NCBI RefSeq assembly: GCF_001194135.2
Contig: NC_068981.1
Span: forward strand, 173,429,293-173,493,292
Direction: 5' to 3'
DNA: 64,000 bases
DNA from: Octopus bimaculoides
Lineage: Eukaryota
In this document: positions 48,931 to 61,227 of the stretch, piece by piece
Layout of the letters: every line of letters begins with the position of its first letter
How positions within the stretch are numbered: position 1 is the first letter of the stretch
Translations under genes and position numbers: made by a program
Notes under the pieces: model-generated
The model's database searches: none
What the model was told of the DNA's origin: nothing
Seen by the model: only the letters and a program-made list of their open reading frames with translations

Positions 48931-49422
48931 GCCTGTTTATGGAATTTTTCTTCCCATTGTTTGTCTGTTTTTAATAGTTTTGGCTTCTCCATTAAATTTA
49001 ATAAATTCTGTCATTAATTTTGCATCTGAAGTAATTCATTTAAAAAGAAAGAGCATTGTATCTTACTGCTGAATGGTCAAAAGAAGACAAGGAGACTGTT
49101 TAGATAAAACAATAAATGGGAGTTAGAAAGAATGTGTAATTCTCTTTAATTTGCAGCACCTTTATATGAATGAAGACATCAATAAATTTATGACAAAATG
49201 AAAAGTGAAGAAGAAAGTTATTTTGAGACAGATCAATGGATTTAAAAAAAGATAAAAAGAAAGAATCCAGGAGGAAAAGTAAAACATTCTCCGCAGAAGT
49301 TTTTAAGCATAAAGAATACATGCTGTTCATAACCACAGTTTAACAATTAAATAAATTAAGTAAATTTGTCGGCATTTTCGCCAGTCAGCTGCCAATAAAT
49401 TATTTTGCCTGTCTGCTTTTGG

Positions 49423-49626
49423 TTAGTTATAATCTAAGGAACAAATAGGAGTTGAAGGTGCACTGTTATAAGGACAGCTTTCTTCATCATCACTATGATT
49501 ACCAATGCATTCAACAATAGGTACATGACCACTGTCCCACATTCCAGTACCACAAAGAGAGCAAAGTCCATGCAGAGTACAAGGAATCTTAGGAATTTTT
49601 CGAAACTGGTGCAAAAGTCCACGAGC
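49423..49626 (-). CDS. TBC1D16: TBC1D16 terminal coding exon (ARGLLHQFRKIPKIPCTLHGLCSLCGTGMWDSGHVPIVEC...LDYN*)
   Basis: Acceptor tttattttag, phase 0, stop TAA at 49425-49423. Matches human ARSLLYQFRLLPRIPCSLHDLCKLCGSGMWDSGSMPAVEC. Confidence 0.93.
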   Translation of the reverse strand, partial: ARGLLHQFRKIPKIPCTLHGLCSLCGTGMWDSGHVPIVECIGNHSDDEESCPYNSAPSTPICSLDYN

Positions 49627-50160
49627 CTAAAATAAATAAAAATTATAAATTGCATAAACAAACATGTTACATATAATTCTGATATTCATGTAAGTATTAC
49701 AAATTCTTTTATTATTTTATTTGTTTAAGTCATTTGACTGTGGCCATGCTGGAGCACCGTCTTGAAGGGGTTTTAGTCAAACAAATTGTCCTCAGGACTT
49801 TTGTTTTTTAAGCTTAGTATTTATTCTATTGGGCTCTTTTGCCAAACCACTAAGTTACGGGGATGTAAATACACCAACACTGGTTGTCAAGCTGTGATGG
49901 AGGGACAAGCACAAACACAAAGGCACACACACACACATATATACATACATACATACATATATNNNNNNNNNNNNNNNNNNNNNNNNNNNNNNNNNNNNNN
50001 NNNNNNNNNNNNNNNNNNNNNNNNNNNNNNNNNNNNNNNNNNNNNNNNNNNNNNNNNNNNNNNNNNNNNNNNNNNNNNNNNNNNNNNNNNNNNNNNNNNN
50101 NNNNNNNNNNNNNNNNNNNNNNNNNNNNNNNNNNNNNNNNNNNNNNNNNNNNATATATAT

Positions 50161-51020
50161 ACACGGGGTGTGATGGGTAAATTGTCGTCATGTTATATTT
50201 TTAATTTCATGCACGGGGATAGTTTGTTTTTGATTTTGTTGACTACACAGTATAGCAGGGTTAGTTGGGCACTGTCTTTGAGAAAAATAGCGCCATGACA
50301 CAATTCACTCTGCCAGAAATTTGGAAATTACATGCTGTACTACTCGGGATTTGCACCAGAAGCGCCAATACAAATATTTCAGAGTGTTTGGGTGTCAATC
50401 TGAGGACATGTACCAAGAATGATAAAAATCAAACATCCTGTCAACATCATAGTGCTTGGAGTGATCACTAGTGATGGCGACGTTATGCCTCCATTCATCT
50501 TCCCACACGGCCTCAGACTCAACATGGAGGCCTACATCAAGTGCCTGGAAGAAGTAGTGCTGCCCTGTGTCAAGAGGGTGACTGCTGGAAGACCTATGTC
50601 TGGCAATAGGACCCTGCAACATGCTACACAAATAGAAGAACACAGTCATGGCTGTCAGACAATTTCTGTGACCATATCACCCCTAACATCTGGGCGCCTA
50701 ACTCCCAAGATTATTATGTGTGGGGCACAGTTGAATGAGAGACCAACAAAACTCCTTGTAACATCAAAGATGAACTGAAAGCAAAGATTATGGCAGTATC
50801 CACCAACTTAAACAAGGAGACTGTCCAGAAGAGTTGCAGGAGATTCTGAAGTCGTCTGGAGGCTGTGGTTGAAGCCAATGGTGATTTTATTAAATAAATT
50901 TACTCTTTAGTATTTCAAGATATTTTTATGTAATTTTGGTAAATATATCTGTTAAAATGAGATGTCAGTGTTATTTTCATTTCTGTGTAATTTAGACGAC
51001 AGTTTATTCACTGCTCTCTC
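50161..51020 (+). mobile_element. Tc1/maT-like transposon remnant, internally deleted
   Basis: KHPVNIIVLGVITSDGDVMPPFIFPHGLRLN, PNIWPPNS-like segment, RLEAVVEANG. Imperfect TIRs AAATTGTCGTC and GACGACAGTTT. TA-repeat flanks. Confidence 0.82.
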
Positions 51021-51469
51021 TCTCTATATATATATATATGTATATATATACAACAAGCTTTTTTCAGTTTCCATCTACCAAATCCACCTTGGTCGATTCA
51101 AGGCTATAGTAGAAGACACTTGCCCAAGGTGCCACACAGTGGGACTGAACCTGGAACCATGTGGTTCGGAAGCAAGCTTCTTACAACACAGCAATGCTTG
51201 CGCCTATGTAAATAAAAAAAGATACTAAATCCTAGGGCATGGATAAACTAAATTAAAATTGAAAGAGTTTTTCTACATAATATGAGAGTTTTAACAGACA
51301 TAAGTACCATTCAACTGTTCTCTTATTTCTAAATATGTCAGTTATAGAGTAGTAATACTAAACTATATTAACTTCAATAGACATTCATTAGAAAGCTGAA
51401 CAATTCAGTGAAGGCCTAAGTTGGCATTTCATATTTGTATGAAAAAACAGATAGCATAAATATTTAAGA

Positions 51470-51625
<156 letters not shown>

Positions 51626-51704
51626 CATTATTGGATATAAAATTCCATTATAGATATATATGTTGTTTATAATCAATAGAAGAAAGAATACTCAATATAA
51701 GGTA

Positions 51705-51927
51705 CAGTAATCCCTTGACTATCGTGAGTGTTACGCCCCCCCCCCACTGCAATAGGTGAAAATCTGTGAAGTAGAAATAGTATTGTACTGTATATTTTTT
51801 ATTATTATTTTTCATAATTTGTATACATTTATTTTATTGTAAATGCAAAACAACACCATGGAGGAATTGACATAAGCTTAAATAATAAACTGCGATAGGT
51901 GAACCATGATATGGTGAGGGATTACTG
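51705..51927. mobile_element. Tigger-derived MITE
   Basis: TA target duplication with TIRs CAGTAATCCCT and AGGGATTACTG. Confidence 0.85.
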
Positions 51928-52349
51928 TATAGCATAAATTATATCTATTTGGTTGGTGTCTTATGCTACTAATTGAGGTTTTTGTGATCTCTTGGTTAGT
52001 TAGAAGGCTAGTGCTATGCAGAACCTGCCTTCTGATCGATTGAAAAATCACAAAACTCTAAGGTGCACCATAAGGCACCAACCAAATATACACACATCCA
52101 CACACACAAGCAAAATAAGAAGTTGGTAGTACACTAAATTTAGCTTAGTGTGCCATATCCCAGTCTAGTACAATTAAATATCTTAGTAATCATGTAACAA
52201 TTTCCCAGCATTTTTACAACAGTCTGACCAAAGATGAAATGATGTTTTTTTTTTTACAGACTGTTAAAACAGATAGAACTTATATCTTATGAAATAGAAA
52301 TTACCATAAATCCTTCATCATAAAAAAAATAACCTACTAACCATCATCA

Positions 52350-52800
52350 TCATGGCTTAATGTCCACCTTCCATGCTGACATGATGGTTTGACAGGAGCT
52401 GGCCAGGTAGAAGCCTGCACCAAGCTTCTGCAACTGTTTCGGCGGGATTTTTACAGCTGGATGCCCTTCCTAACACCAACCACTCAGCAGAGTGGACTTA
52501 GTACTTTTTACATGGCACAAGCACAGGCAAGGTCAGTTTTAGTAAGGTTTTTACAGCTGGATGCCTTTCCAAATGCCAACCACTTTACAGTGTGGACTGG
52601 GTGCTTTTAAGTAGCACCTGCACTGACAGGGTCATCAAGTACTCGCAAGACAAAAAAAAATCTCTTTTGAGAGGGGAGAGGGCATTGGAGGAGGTGATCT
52701 TGTGTCAGATGGTGAAAGGTTATAGTGAGACAGAGAGACAAAAACAGGTGTCTTGTTGTAGAGGAGGTACAAGGTTTCTTGATACCTACTATTTATCATA
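52350..52800 (-). mobile_element. RTE-tail-related repeat (SINE or LINE 3' end)
   Basis: Duplicated TACAGCTGGATGCCCTTCC...CCAACCAC motif shared with the RTE tails. A related copy lies at ~6690-6930. Confidence 0.65.
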
Positions 52801-53627
52801 AAATAGTATCAAATTATATATTGTACCTATGAAATAGTATTATGTACTATACTGTGCTCAACAGACTAAGTAGAGTAAAGCACATCGCAAAAGGACACAG
52901 CACAACTACATTAAGAATCAATAGTCTAAAACTCTTGAATGAAATAAGATTAGGTGCCTTGAATATCAGAATTCCCATCTCTCTCAAGGCATACAAACAT
53001 TCTTTATTTAGTTTTTTTTCTTTACATTTACCAGTGTGTAGGGTCTGCTCATCATGTATATTGAAGCAATCAAGTTACTGCTTCAATCAAAACATTGTCC
53101 AATCTGACATTAGCCAAGGCCCAAAACTCTTGTTTTAGGTCTCGGATAGGAGACAAGATTTGAACTAGCATCTTATCTGGTTCTCTAACAATTTTACCTA
53201 TTCATCACACTGGATAGATACTTTGTTTATTCACCATAAAAGGGTAAAAGTGGGACTTAGACTCAAAGTACAACATATATTATCTAGTGCCCCAAAGATT
53301 AAGTCAATTCATTGCCTTAACTTGATTTCTATTTAGTGAAGACAAAATGATGCAAGTTTTGTGCTACCTAAATTTGTTATTCATCTTGCAGTTTGTTGTT
53401 GTGGGTGTTCTGGTGATTACCTGTATCATATCCAAGAAGAGATTAATTTCTCATCTGTTTAAAGCTACAGAACCTGGAATTAAGCATTAATTTTATAACT
53501 CCCACTCTGACCAATTCTATGAGGTGGATTTGAGACATATGTAGTTTACATCTTATCAAACACATCACATGAATACATGAAGTGCAAAAGTTTTGAATGA
53601 AATATTTAATTCAGAAAATATTCTCAC

Positions 53628-53856
53628 CCTTCGTAAGACTAAATCCCCGTTCATATGCATTGCCAAACTGCTAAAGTGTAGAAGAATTTCATCTTCAGGC
53701 AGACATTGTTCAACAACATCTTCTCCATAGATACTGACTATAGCCACACAAATAAACAGATGGAAGTAGTCAGTTTGGTAGTGGGCCCAGCAAGATTCCC
53801 ATATGCGAAGGGCATCTATTTCTGGAAATTCTCGTTTGAAACACAGTAATATCCAT
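53628..53856 (-). CDS. TBC1D16: TBC1D16 exon (WILLCFKREFPEIDALRIWESCWAHYQTDYFHLFICVAIV...MHMNGDLVLRR)
   Basis: Acceptor gtcttttag, donor gtgaga, 229 nt, phase 2-0. Conserved C-terminal part of the TBC domain. Confidence 0.95.
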
Positions 53857-54869
53857 CTAAAAGACAGAAAAGATTATTAAGCATATAAATAAAAAAAAAA
53901 CTTTCAATTGTGTGATTTTCTTTTTCTTTACATGTATAAGTAATGTGTGAAGGCATGTGGCTTAGTGGTTAGGGTATTCAGCTCATGATCATAAAGTCGT
54001 GAGTTCAATTTCCAGCGACACATTGTGTCCTTGAGCAAGGCACTTTATTTCACATCCATTCAGCTGGCAAAAATGAGTATTACCTGTATTTTAAAGGGCC
54101 AGCCTGTGTCATGCTGAATTTCCCTGAGAACTACATTAAAGGGTGTACATGACTGTGGAGTGCTTAGCCATGTGCATATTAATTTCACAAGCAGGCTGTT
54201 CCATTGATCGGATCAACTGGAACTCTTATTGTAGTAAGTGACGGAATACTAGTTAGATTAGTGGTGTAGCATCAGGTAATTTAGTTTAATTCCTAGTTGA
54301 ACTATTTCAGTTCATTTATTCTCAGTGTCTCTGATTTCTGGCTAGAGATAATCTTGGAAAAGTAGACACACTGCAGAGTTGACTTGCACTTGGCTTACTT
54401 CATGAAGGTAAAGTAATATTTGAAGGTGACAGCAACTCATAAAAATTTCCAAAGGGTTTTGCTTGTCTGTTTTGTTTTTAATCTATAGTAAAATACAAAC
54501 CTTATTTTGTGTACGATTAAATCTTAGGGATTAATAAACACAATGACTGGAAGCACATTTTTCTATGTATAAAAAAGAATATGGAAATGCCCTAGATAAC
54601 CTTAATGGGTTATTGAGTCATTGACAAATACTTTGCTTTTGTATAAATTTTTAGAATTAATAAAACTAATATTTTCCCATCAGTTTGTATAATGAAAATT
54701 TTATAGATTTTTTTTTCAAGGAAAAGTCAAGTTTTAGCTGCTAAGAAAGACTTCCTTATTGAAATTTTAACAACTATAAAAACTCTGAGAACTACAAATG
54801 AAACTTAGGAAAATGCTGCATAATTTTATTGTCCTGTTTTTTTTTTTTTAATGTTAAAGAACTTATGCT

Positions 54870-55095
54870 ATTAATCCTTTAGCATTTAAACCAGCCATAT
54901 CCAGTTAAAATATTCTAGTTGTTTTATGTTGAGACCAGCCACATCTAGTTTCTCACACCTACCATACAATGTCATTTTAAAAGTGAACTATCACATCATC
55001 AAAATCTCAAAGCTACAAGATAATGCATGGTTAATTAAAAATAATGTGAATAAATGAGCATTACATTTGATAGAATAATCTGAATGCTAAAGAAG
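54870..55095 (+). mobile_element. TTAA-type (piggyBac-like) MITE, about 225 bp
   Basis: Ends ttaatCCTTTAGCATT...AATGCTAAAG. A reverse-oriented copy lies at ~42388-42617. Confidence 0.65.
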
Positions 55096-55532
55096 ATTGT
55101 AATTTAAAAATTTGCTAATATAACCAAATGCAATCATAATTATAGATTCAAAATTAGATCTATAATCAGAATATAGAAAATGTAAGCTTAGAGTTAATAA
55201 TGTTCATAAATGTTCTCATTTGATTTTGATCAAGGTGTTCATAGGCAGCTGATTTCTACAACAGTTTTCTATTTATAGATTACTATATCATTGAAGAAGT
55301 TTTTTTACTGAAATACTCAACTGATATTTTTTGTGTTGTAGAACATAGATTTCTGCTTTGGTTTATTTTCTAAGTAAAATCCCAAATCAGGTATTCAAGT
55401 TTACTCTACAACATTGTACAATCATTGTAAGGGAAAATAAAATGATCACATTTTGCATTTTTAAGACCATTTGAATCACAAAAGAAAAAGAAAACATAAG
55501 GAAACAATAAAACAACAAAAAAAATTATTAAC

Positions 55533-55630
55533 CGATGGCAGAAGAGTAGTTCCATGGCATCAGTTCCGAGTTTTTCAAGGTGTTCATAGAAAGAAGGCTG
55601 CATTAGGTGTAATAGCTCACGCAGATAATT
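55533..55630 (-). CDS. TBC1D16: TBC1D16 exon (NYLRELLHLMQPSFYEHLEKLGTDAMELLFCH)
   Basis: Acceptor (tttca)n-g, donor gttaat, 98 nt, phase 0-2. Leads into the conserved LLFCHRW motif. Confidence 0.93.
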
Positions 55631-56518
55631 CTGAAATGAAATGAAATGAAATGAAATGAAATGGTAATAACAATAGTAGTTTATAATTTTGGGACAGGTG
55701 CAAATTTTAGGTTGGGAGGTGCAGGTATGGCTATGTGGCAAGACATTTTCTTCCCAACCACATGGTTTTGGGTTCAGTCCCACTGTGTGGCACCTTGGGT
55801 AAGTGTCATCTACTATAGCTTTGGGCCAAACAAATATTGTCAATGTATTTGGTAGAGGGAAACTGAAAGAAGCCTGTTGAGTGTGTGTGTATATATATGT
55901 GTGTGTGTGTGTATACATACACACACGCACATATGTATGTATGATTGAATGAGTGTGTGTAAGTGTGTGTGTGTGTGTGTGTGTATGTGTGCATGCGCAT
56001 GTTACCATGTTCTTACTATGACACTGCATAGTAGTTATAAAACAAGTGTCATGGTCATGCAAGTAATGTTCATCATTTTCAACCTTCCATGAAAATATAT
56101 CTGGTCAGGGGGAAATTTACTGTACTTGGGAACTGATGAGGGTTGGTAACAGGAAGGGCACCTGGCTGTAGGAAATCCACCTCAACAAATTCTGTCTGAC
56201 CCATACAAGCATGGAAAAGTGGATATTGATATGAAGATGATGATGATGATGATGTTGATTGTATTAGATTGATTAGTTCCAAATCTTGTTATTTTATTCT
56301 GTCAACTCCCAGGAGTGCCAAAAGACAAAAATGACTCAGGCAGGATTTCAACATAGAGCTTAAAGTGATGTAACTAGATACTACAAAACATTTTGTTCAC
56401 TGTTTTACGGATTTTACCATCAACCACTTAATGAGAGTAACAATAAGGTTGATAAATAATTAATTGATAATTAATAAAATAATTTATGAAAAAAACTAAA
56501 ATATTCAGACAAACTTAC

Positions 56519-56705
56519 CAACTGTCTATCCATATCACAATCTTTTGGTGAGCTAACAAAAATGGTCCGTTGCATTAATCCAACAAAACACCAATAGGCA
56601 TCAACTTCATGTTGAATCTCTGCCAAAACAGGAGCCAGTAAATCACTCATGCCTTGTGTGTAGCCCATACGGGGATTAGCAATGGCATAATTCAGTAAAA
56701 TATTT
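56519..56705 (-). CDS. TBC1D16: TBC1D16 exon with glutamine-finger motif (NILLNYAIANPRMGYTQGMSDLLAP...DMDRQL)
   Basis: Acceptor ctttcttcag, donor gtaagt, 187 nt, phase 2-0. The YxQ motif GYTQGMSD is intact. Confidence 0.95.
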
Positions 56706-56864
56706 CTGAAGAAAGATACATAAAATACCGTTAATATATGGAATCCATAAACACTAAGGGGGGAAAAGAAGTAAGAATGAAATAAATAAAATTGTTCTGC
56801 ATATTACAATAGATAAAATTATTATAACTTCTTCACTAGTTTGCAACAAAAATAACAACATTAC

Positions 56865-56990
56865 TTTCTCTCACTTTCTTAGACCTCTCTTCTCTTTCTC
56901 TCACTTTCTTAGACCTCTCTTCTCTTTCTCTCACTTTCTTAGACCTCTCTTCTCTTTCTCTCTCTTCCTTAGGCCTCTTTTCTTTCTTTC
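56865..56990. repeat. 30-bp pyrimidine-rich minisatellite
   Basis: TTCTCTCACTTTCTTAGACCTCTCTTCTCT repeated three times, plus a degenerate fourth unit. Confidence 0.9.
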
Positions 56991-57239
56991 TCTTCCTTAA
57001 AAGCCATTAATTTTTCACTCTTCATGGCAACTGAATGATCAAATGCTTCTAGGAATTCCTTTAGACTAATTGCTGTCAATACAGACAATAACTATTTTCT
57101 TCAGAGTCTTAATGATTGTACCATATAATTATTAATAGTGTTTACATTAATTCAAAAGAAATCACTATCTTTATCATTAATGGAAAGTGTGATGAGCATA
57201 TCTACCTTTTCTGTATGTCATATTTTACTTTTTACCTTT

Positions 57240-57610
57240 TGCTTGTTTCAGTCTTTAGAATGTGGCCATGCTGGGGCACTGCCTTGAATAACTTTTAGCT
57301 GAATAGATCGACCCTAGTACTTATTTTTTTTAAAGCTGGTACTTATTTTATTGGTCTCTTTTGCCAAACCACTAAGTTATGGTGATGTAAATACACCAAC
57401 ACTGGTTGTCAAGGTGTGATGGGGGGACAAACACAGACACACACACATAGATACACACACACACACACATGACAGGCTTCTTTCCGTTTCTGTCTATCGA
57501 ATCCACTCACAGGGCTTTGGTTGGCCTGAAGCTACAGTAGAAGACACTTGCCATGCAGAGGGACTGAACCTGGAACCATGTAGTTGGGAAGCAAGCTTCT
57601 TACCACACAG
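57240..57610 (-). mobile_element. Octopus-type SINE
   Basis: Same family motifs. Followed directly by the 3' part of the second SINE family at 57620-57800. Confidence 0.82.
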
Positions 57611-58338
57611 CCTCTATTGTTGTTGTTGGCACTCTGTCGCTTACGACGTCGAAGGTTCCAGTTGATCCGATCAACGGAATAGCCTTCTCGTGAAATTAAC
57701 GTGCAAGTGGCTGAGCACTCCACAGACACGTGTACCCTTAACGTAGTTCTCAGGGATATTCAGCGTGACACAGTGTGACAAGGCTGACCCTTTGAATTAC
57801 NNNNNNNNNNNNNNNNNNNNNNNNNNNNNNNNNNNNNNNNNNNNNNNNNNNNNNNNNNNNNNNNNNNNNNNNNNNNNNNNNNNNNNNNNNNNNNNNNNNN
57901 NNNNNNNNNNNNNNNNNNNNNNNNNNNNNNNNNNNNNNNNNNNNNNNNNNNNNNNNNNNNNNNNNNNNNNNNNNNNNNNNNNNNNNNNNNNNNNNNNNNN
58001 NNNNNNNNNNNNNNNNNNNNNNNNNNNNNNNNNNNNNNNNNNNNNNNNNNNNNNNNNNNNNNNNNNNNNNNNNNNNNNNNNNNNNNNNNNNNNAAGGATG
58101 AGATATAAAAAATTTTGAAATAATAATAACAATGATAATAATAATCCTTTCTACTAAAAGCACAAGGCCCTATTTTTGGAAGGAGAGGACTAATCTATTA
58201 CATCAACTCCAGTGTTTCACTGGTACTTAATTTATTGACCCTGAAAGGATGGAAAGGCAAAGTCAAGCTCGGCAGAATTTGAACTCGGAACGTGAAGCAT
58301 TTTGCTTGGTGTGCTAATGATTCTGCCAGCTCACCACC

Positions 58339-58374
<36 letters not shown>

Positions 58375-58411
58375 TTTTAAAAAGATTGACATAACTCTTC
58401 ACAAAGCTAAA

Positions 58412-59331
58412 TAAACAATATGAAGAGCGTGATGTGATTGTAATAGATATTTTATTGGTTGAATGATATTTTGACATTTTGCCTGTCGAGTTCAAAATGA
58501 AAAGTGATACATAGAAATTCAAATTCAAAATTTCAATGAGGGTGACCAGCGTTCCCACATTGATGAAATGACATCATCAATTTTCAATTTTCAAGTTTAC
58601 AACTGGCAAAAAGAAAAAGAAAGAAAAAAGAGAAAAAAGAAAAGAAAAGAAAAAAGAAAAGGAAAAAGAAGACTATTTAATGAAACAGTTTTGTGTAAAT
58701 ATGGTGAAATTCTCTTGTCATTTTATTCATCCCTTCAGGGTGTGATGTTCATAGCTCACAAACATATTTCTCCTCATGCATTTTGAGGACTGACAGTGTA
58801 GCAGATTCAGAATATTTTCCGAGAATATGCACTTTCAAGTCCTTTTCAAAATTGCAACTGGTCTAATGTAAAATGTTTGGCAAGTTCTGTCGAACTGCTG
58901 TTATTGAGCCTGACATCATATCTGTGCCCACTGAAAATATTCAGAATCTGTTATACTGTCAGTCCTCAAAATGCATGAGGAGAAATATGCTTGTGAGCTA
59001 TTAACATCACACCCTGAAGGGATGAATAAAGTAACAGGAGAATTTCATCATATTTACACAAAACCGTTCCATTAAATATTCTTCTTCTTTTTCCTTTTCT
59101 TTTTTTTCTTTTTGCCAGTTGTAAACTTGAAAATTGAAAACTGATGATGTCATTCCATCAACGTGGGAATACTGGTTGCCCTCGTACAAATTTTGAATTT
59201 GAATTTCTATAATTTTGAATTTCTATGTATCACTTTTCATTTTGAACTCAACAAAGACAGGCAAGCTGTCAAAATATCGTTCAACCAATAAAATATCCAT
59301 TGTAATTTCATTGCGCTGTTTGTATTGTCTA
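58412..59331. mobile_element. Foldback/MITE-like long inverted repeat in a TBC1D16 intron
   Basis: Arms ~58412-58819 and ~58933-59331 are reverse complements (e.g. CTCATGCATTTTGAGGACTGACAG and CTGTCAGTCCTCAAAATGCATGAG). Spacer about 113 bp. Confidence 0.9.
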
Positions 59332-59572
59332 ATAATAATAATAAGAATAATAATGATAATGATGATGATGATGATGATATATCATCTTCTTTGAGGCTCA
59401 CTGTTTATGTTATTACTATATCATAACTTGTCCCTTTCATCTGTAGAAAAATCAAAACAAAAACAATGGATGAAGTTTCCATTGTACATAGAATTTCTGA
59501 CATACTGCCATAAAATACAATGACATTTGAAACCAAAAAAGAATTTATATTTTAGGAAATAAAACAACTCAC

Positions 59573-59707
59573 TTTAAGACCTCAATATTTGGATTATTTT
59601 CTCCCTTGAAATAAGGATGACTACGATCAGTTCGAACAACATCTTTTTCAACGGTACATTGGATATTTCGCCAGAAGTCACGGTATTCCTCTTCACTCAT
59701 TGTTTCT
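59573..59707 (-). CDS. TBC1D16: TBC1D16 exon with arginine-finger motif (ETMSEEEYRDFWRNIQCTVEKDVVRTDRSHPYFKGENNPNIEVL)
   Basis: Acceptor tttatttcag, donor gtgagt, 135 nt, phase 2-2. The IxxDxxR-type motif VEKDVVRTDR is intact. Confidence 0.95.
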
Positions 59708-59819
59708 CTGAAATAAAAAAAAAACGATATTGGATAAAATATCGATATATTTTTATTTGTTTGAAAACCAAATGTAACCAAATAAAACACTTTTGAAAAA
59801 AAACATCTCTCAATAGTAA

Positions 59820-60060
59820 TATTGGTTTCAAATTTTGGCACAAGGCCAGCAATTTCAGGGGGGTGGTAAGTTGATTACATTGATTCCAGTGCTCATCTGG
59901 TATTTATTTTATTGGCCTTGAATGGCTGAAAGCAAAGTCAACCTTAGTGGAATTTGAACTCAGAACTTAAAGACAGACAAAATGCTGTTAAGAACTCTGC
60001 CCTGCATGCTAATGATTCTGCCCTGCATGCTAATGATTCTGCCAGCTCGCCACCTTATTT
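59820..60060 (-). mobile_element. SINE of the CAAGGCCAGCAATTTC...GAATTTGAACTCAG family
   Basis: Near-copies at ~1425-1640, 38715-38930, 46160-46375, 46520-46715 and 58140-58340. Confidence 0.78.
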
Positions 60061-61046
60061 CAGCTGTAATATTAATTACTTGTTGAGCCCCAAATTAGTC
60101 CTGATCAAGCAGACCACCTAAGATTAAAGACATTCCAAATGCAATCATCTAATTTTTTTTCTAAGCACACACTGTGCATCCTGGACTAGATTATTCAATA
60201 CATGCTTCTTTTCTGATATGTAATAAGGTGTGATTTAAAGGAGAATCAACTGCTATTTCTAATGGTTACTGCAACTGAATAGATTCCATTTAATGGGAAA
60301 TTTTCAATTGAACAGGGGAGCTCTCATTAAAGGGAATCTGTTCGGTTAGACTAAGTGTGTGAAAAATTTCATTCTTTACTATAAAAGCTACATCAAATAT
60401 ACAATCAAACAACACTCCATGACATGGTGACTTTATTCCCTTTAGTTAATCTAGGATATATTTTTTTTATTCAACTTGAAAGGGAAATCAGTTTGGACAT
60501 CATATTGCTACCATGTTGCAGCACCATATTGCTATCATGCACATTATCAATTCTATTATTTCTTATCTCTGTTAAAATAACCATTTAAATCCCATATTTT
60601 TGGCATTAGGAAGGGCATCCAGCTGTAGAAACCTTGCCAGATTAGATTGGAACCTGGTGCAGCCTTCTGGTACGCCAGCCCTCAGTCAAACCGTCCAACC
60701 CATGCCAGCATGGAAAGCAGATATACATTACATTGAATTAAAATCCCATTACCAAACAAAAACAATAACATAAGTACTAAATGATTTGTGCATTGCTTTT
60801 CTTTTTATTGATGCTATATTGATAAATCTGATTTATTTAAGCTTCTGTCATGAATCAATGTAATTAACACCCTTTAAAATATCTTATACATAGGATGTTG
60901 GCAAAATAAATCGCTTACTGACAGATTTAATAAAAAGTTCTGGAAGAATTTAGTAAAGTAATTTTGTCGTAGCTAAGTTGCAGTTTGGAATATAACTTAT
61001 CAAAAAGGGTTTTACATAGCACAATGAAAGGAGGAGGTTTTAATAG

Positions 61047-61077
<31 letters not shown>

Positions 61078-61078
61078 C

Positions 61079-61227
61079 CTGAGTTTACGTATATCTTGAT
61101 ACTGAATAAATTTGTCATTTCTTATATGTTCACGATCCAAAAATGTAGAATCAAAAGGATAATAATGTAATAAGAAAGGCCATGCTTCATGTCTTAAATT
61201 AGCTTCAACACCACCAAAGAATATTGC
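61079..61227 (-). CDS. TBC1D16: TBC1D16 exon, start of TBC domain (AIFFGGVEANLRHEAWPFLLHYYPFDSTFLDREHIRNDKFIQYQDIRKL)
   Basis: Acceptor ctttttgctag, donor gtatat, 149 nt, phase 0-2. Matches human AIFFGGIDVSIRGEVWPFLLRYY. Missed by the ORF track. Confidence 0.93.
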
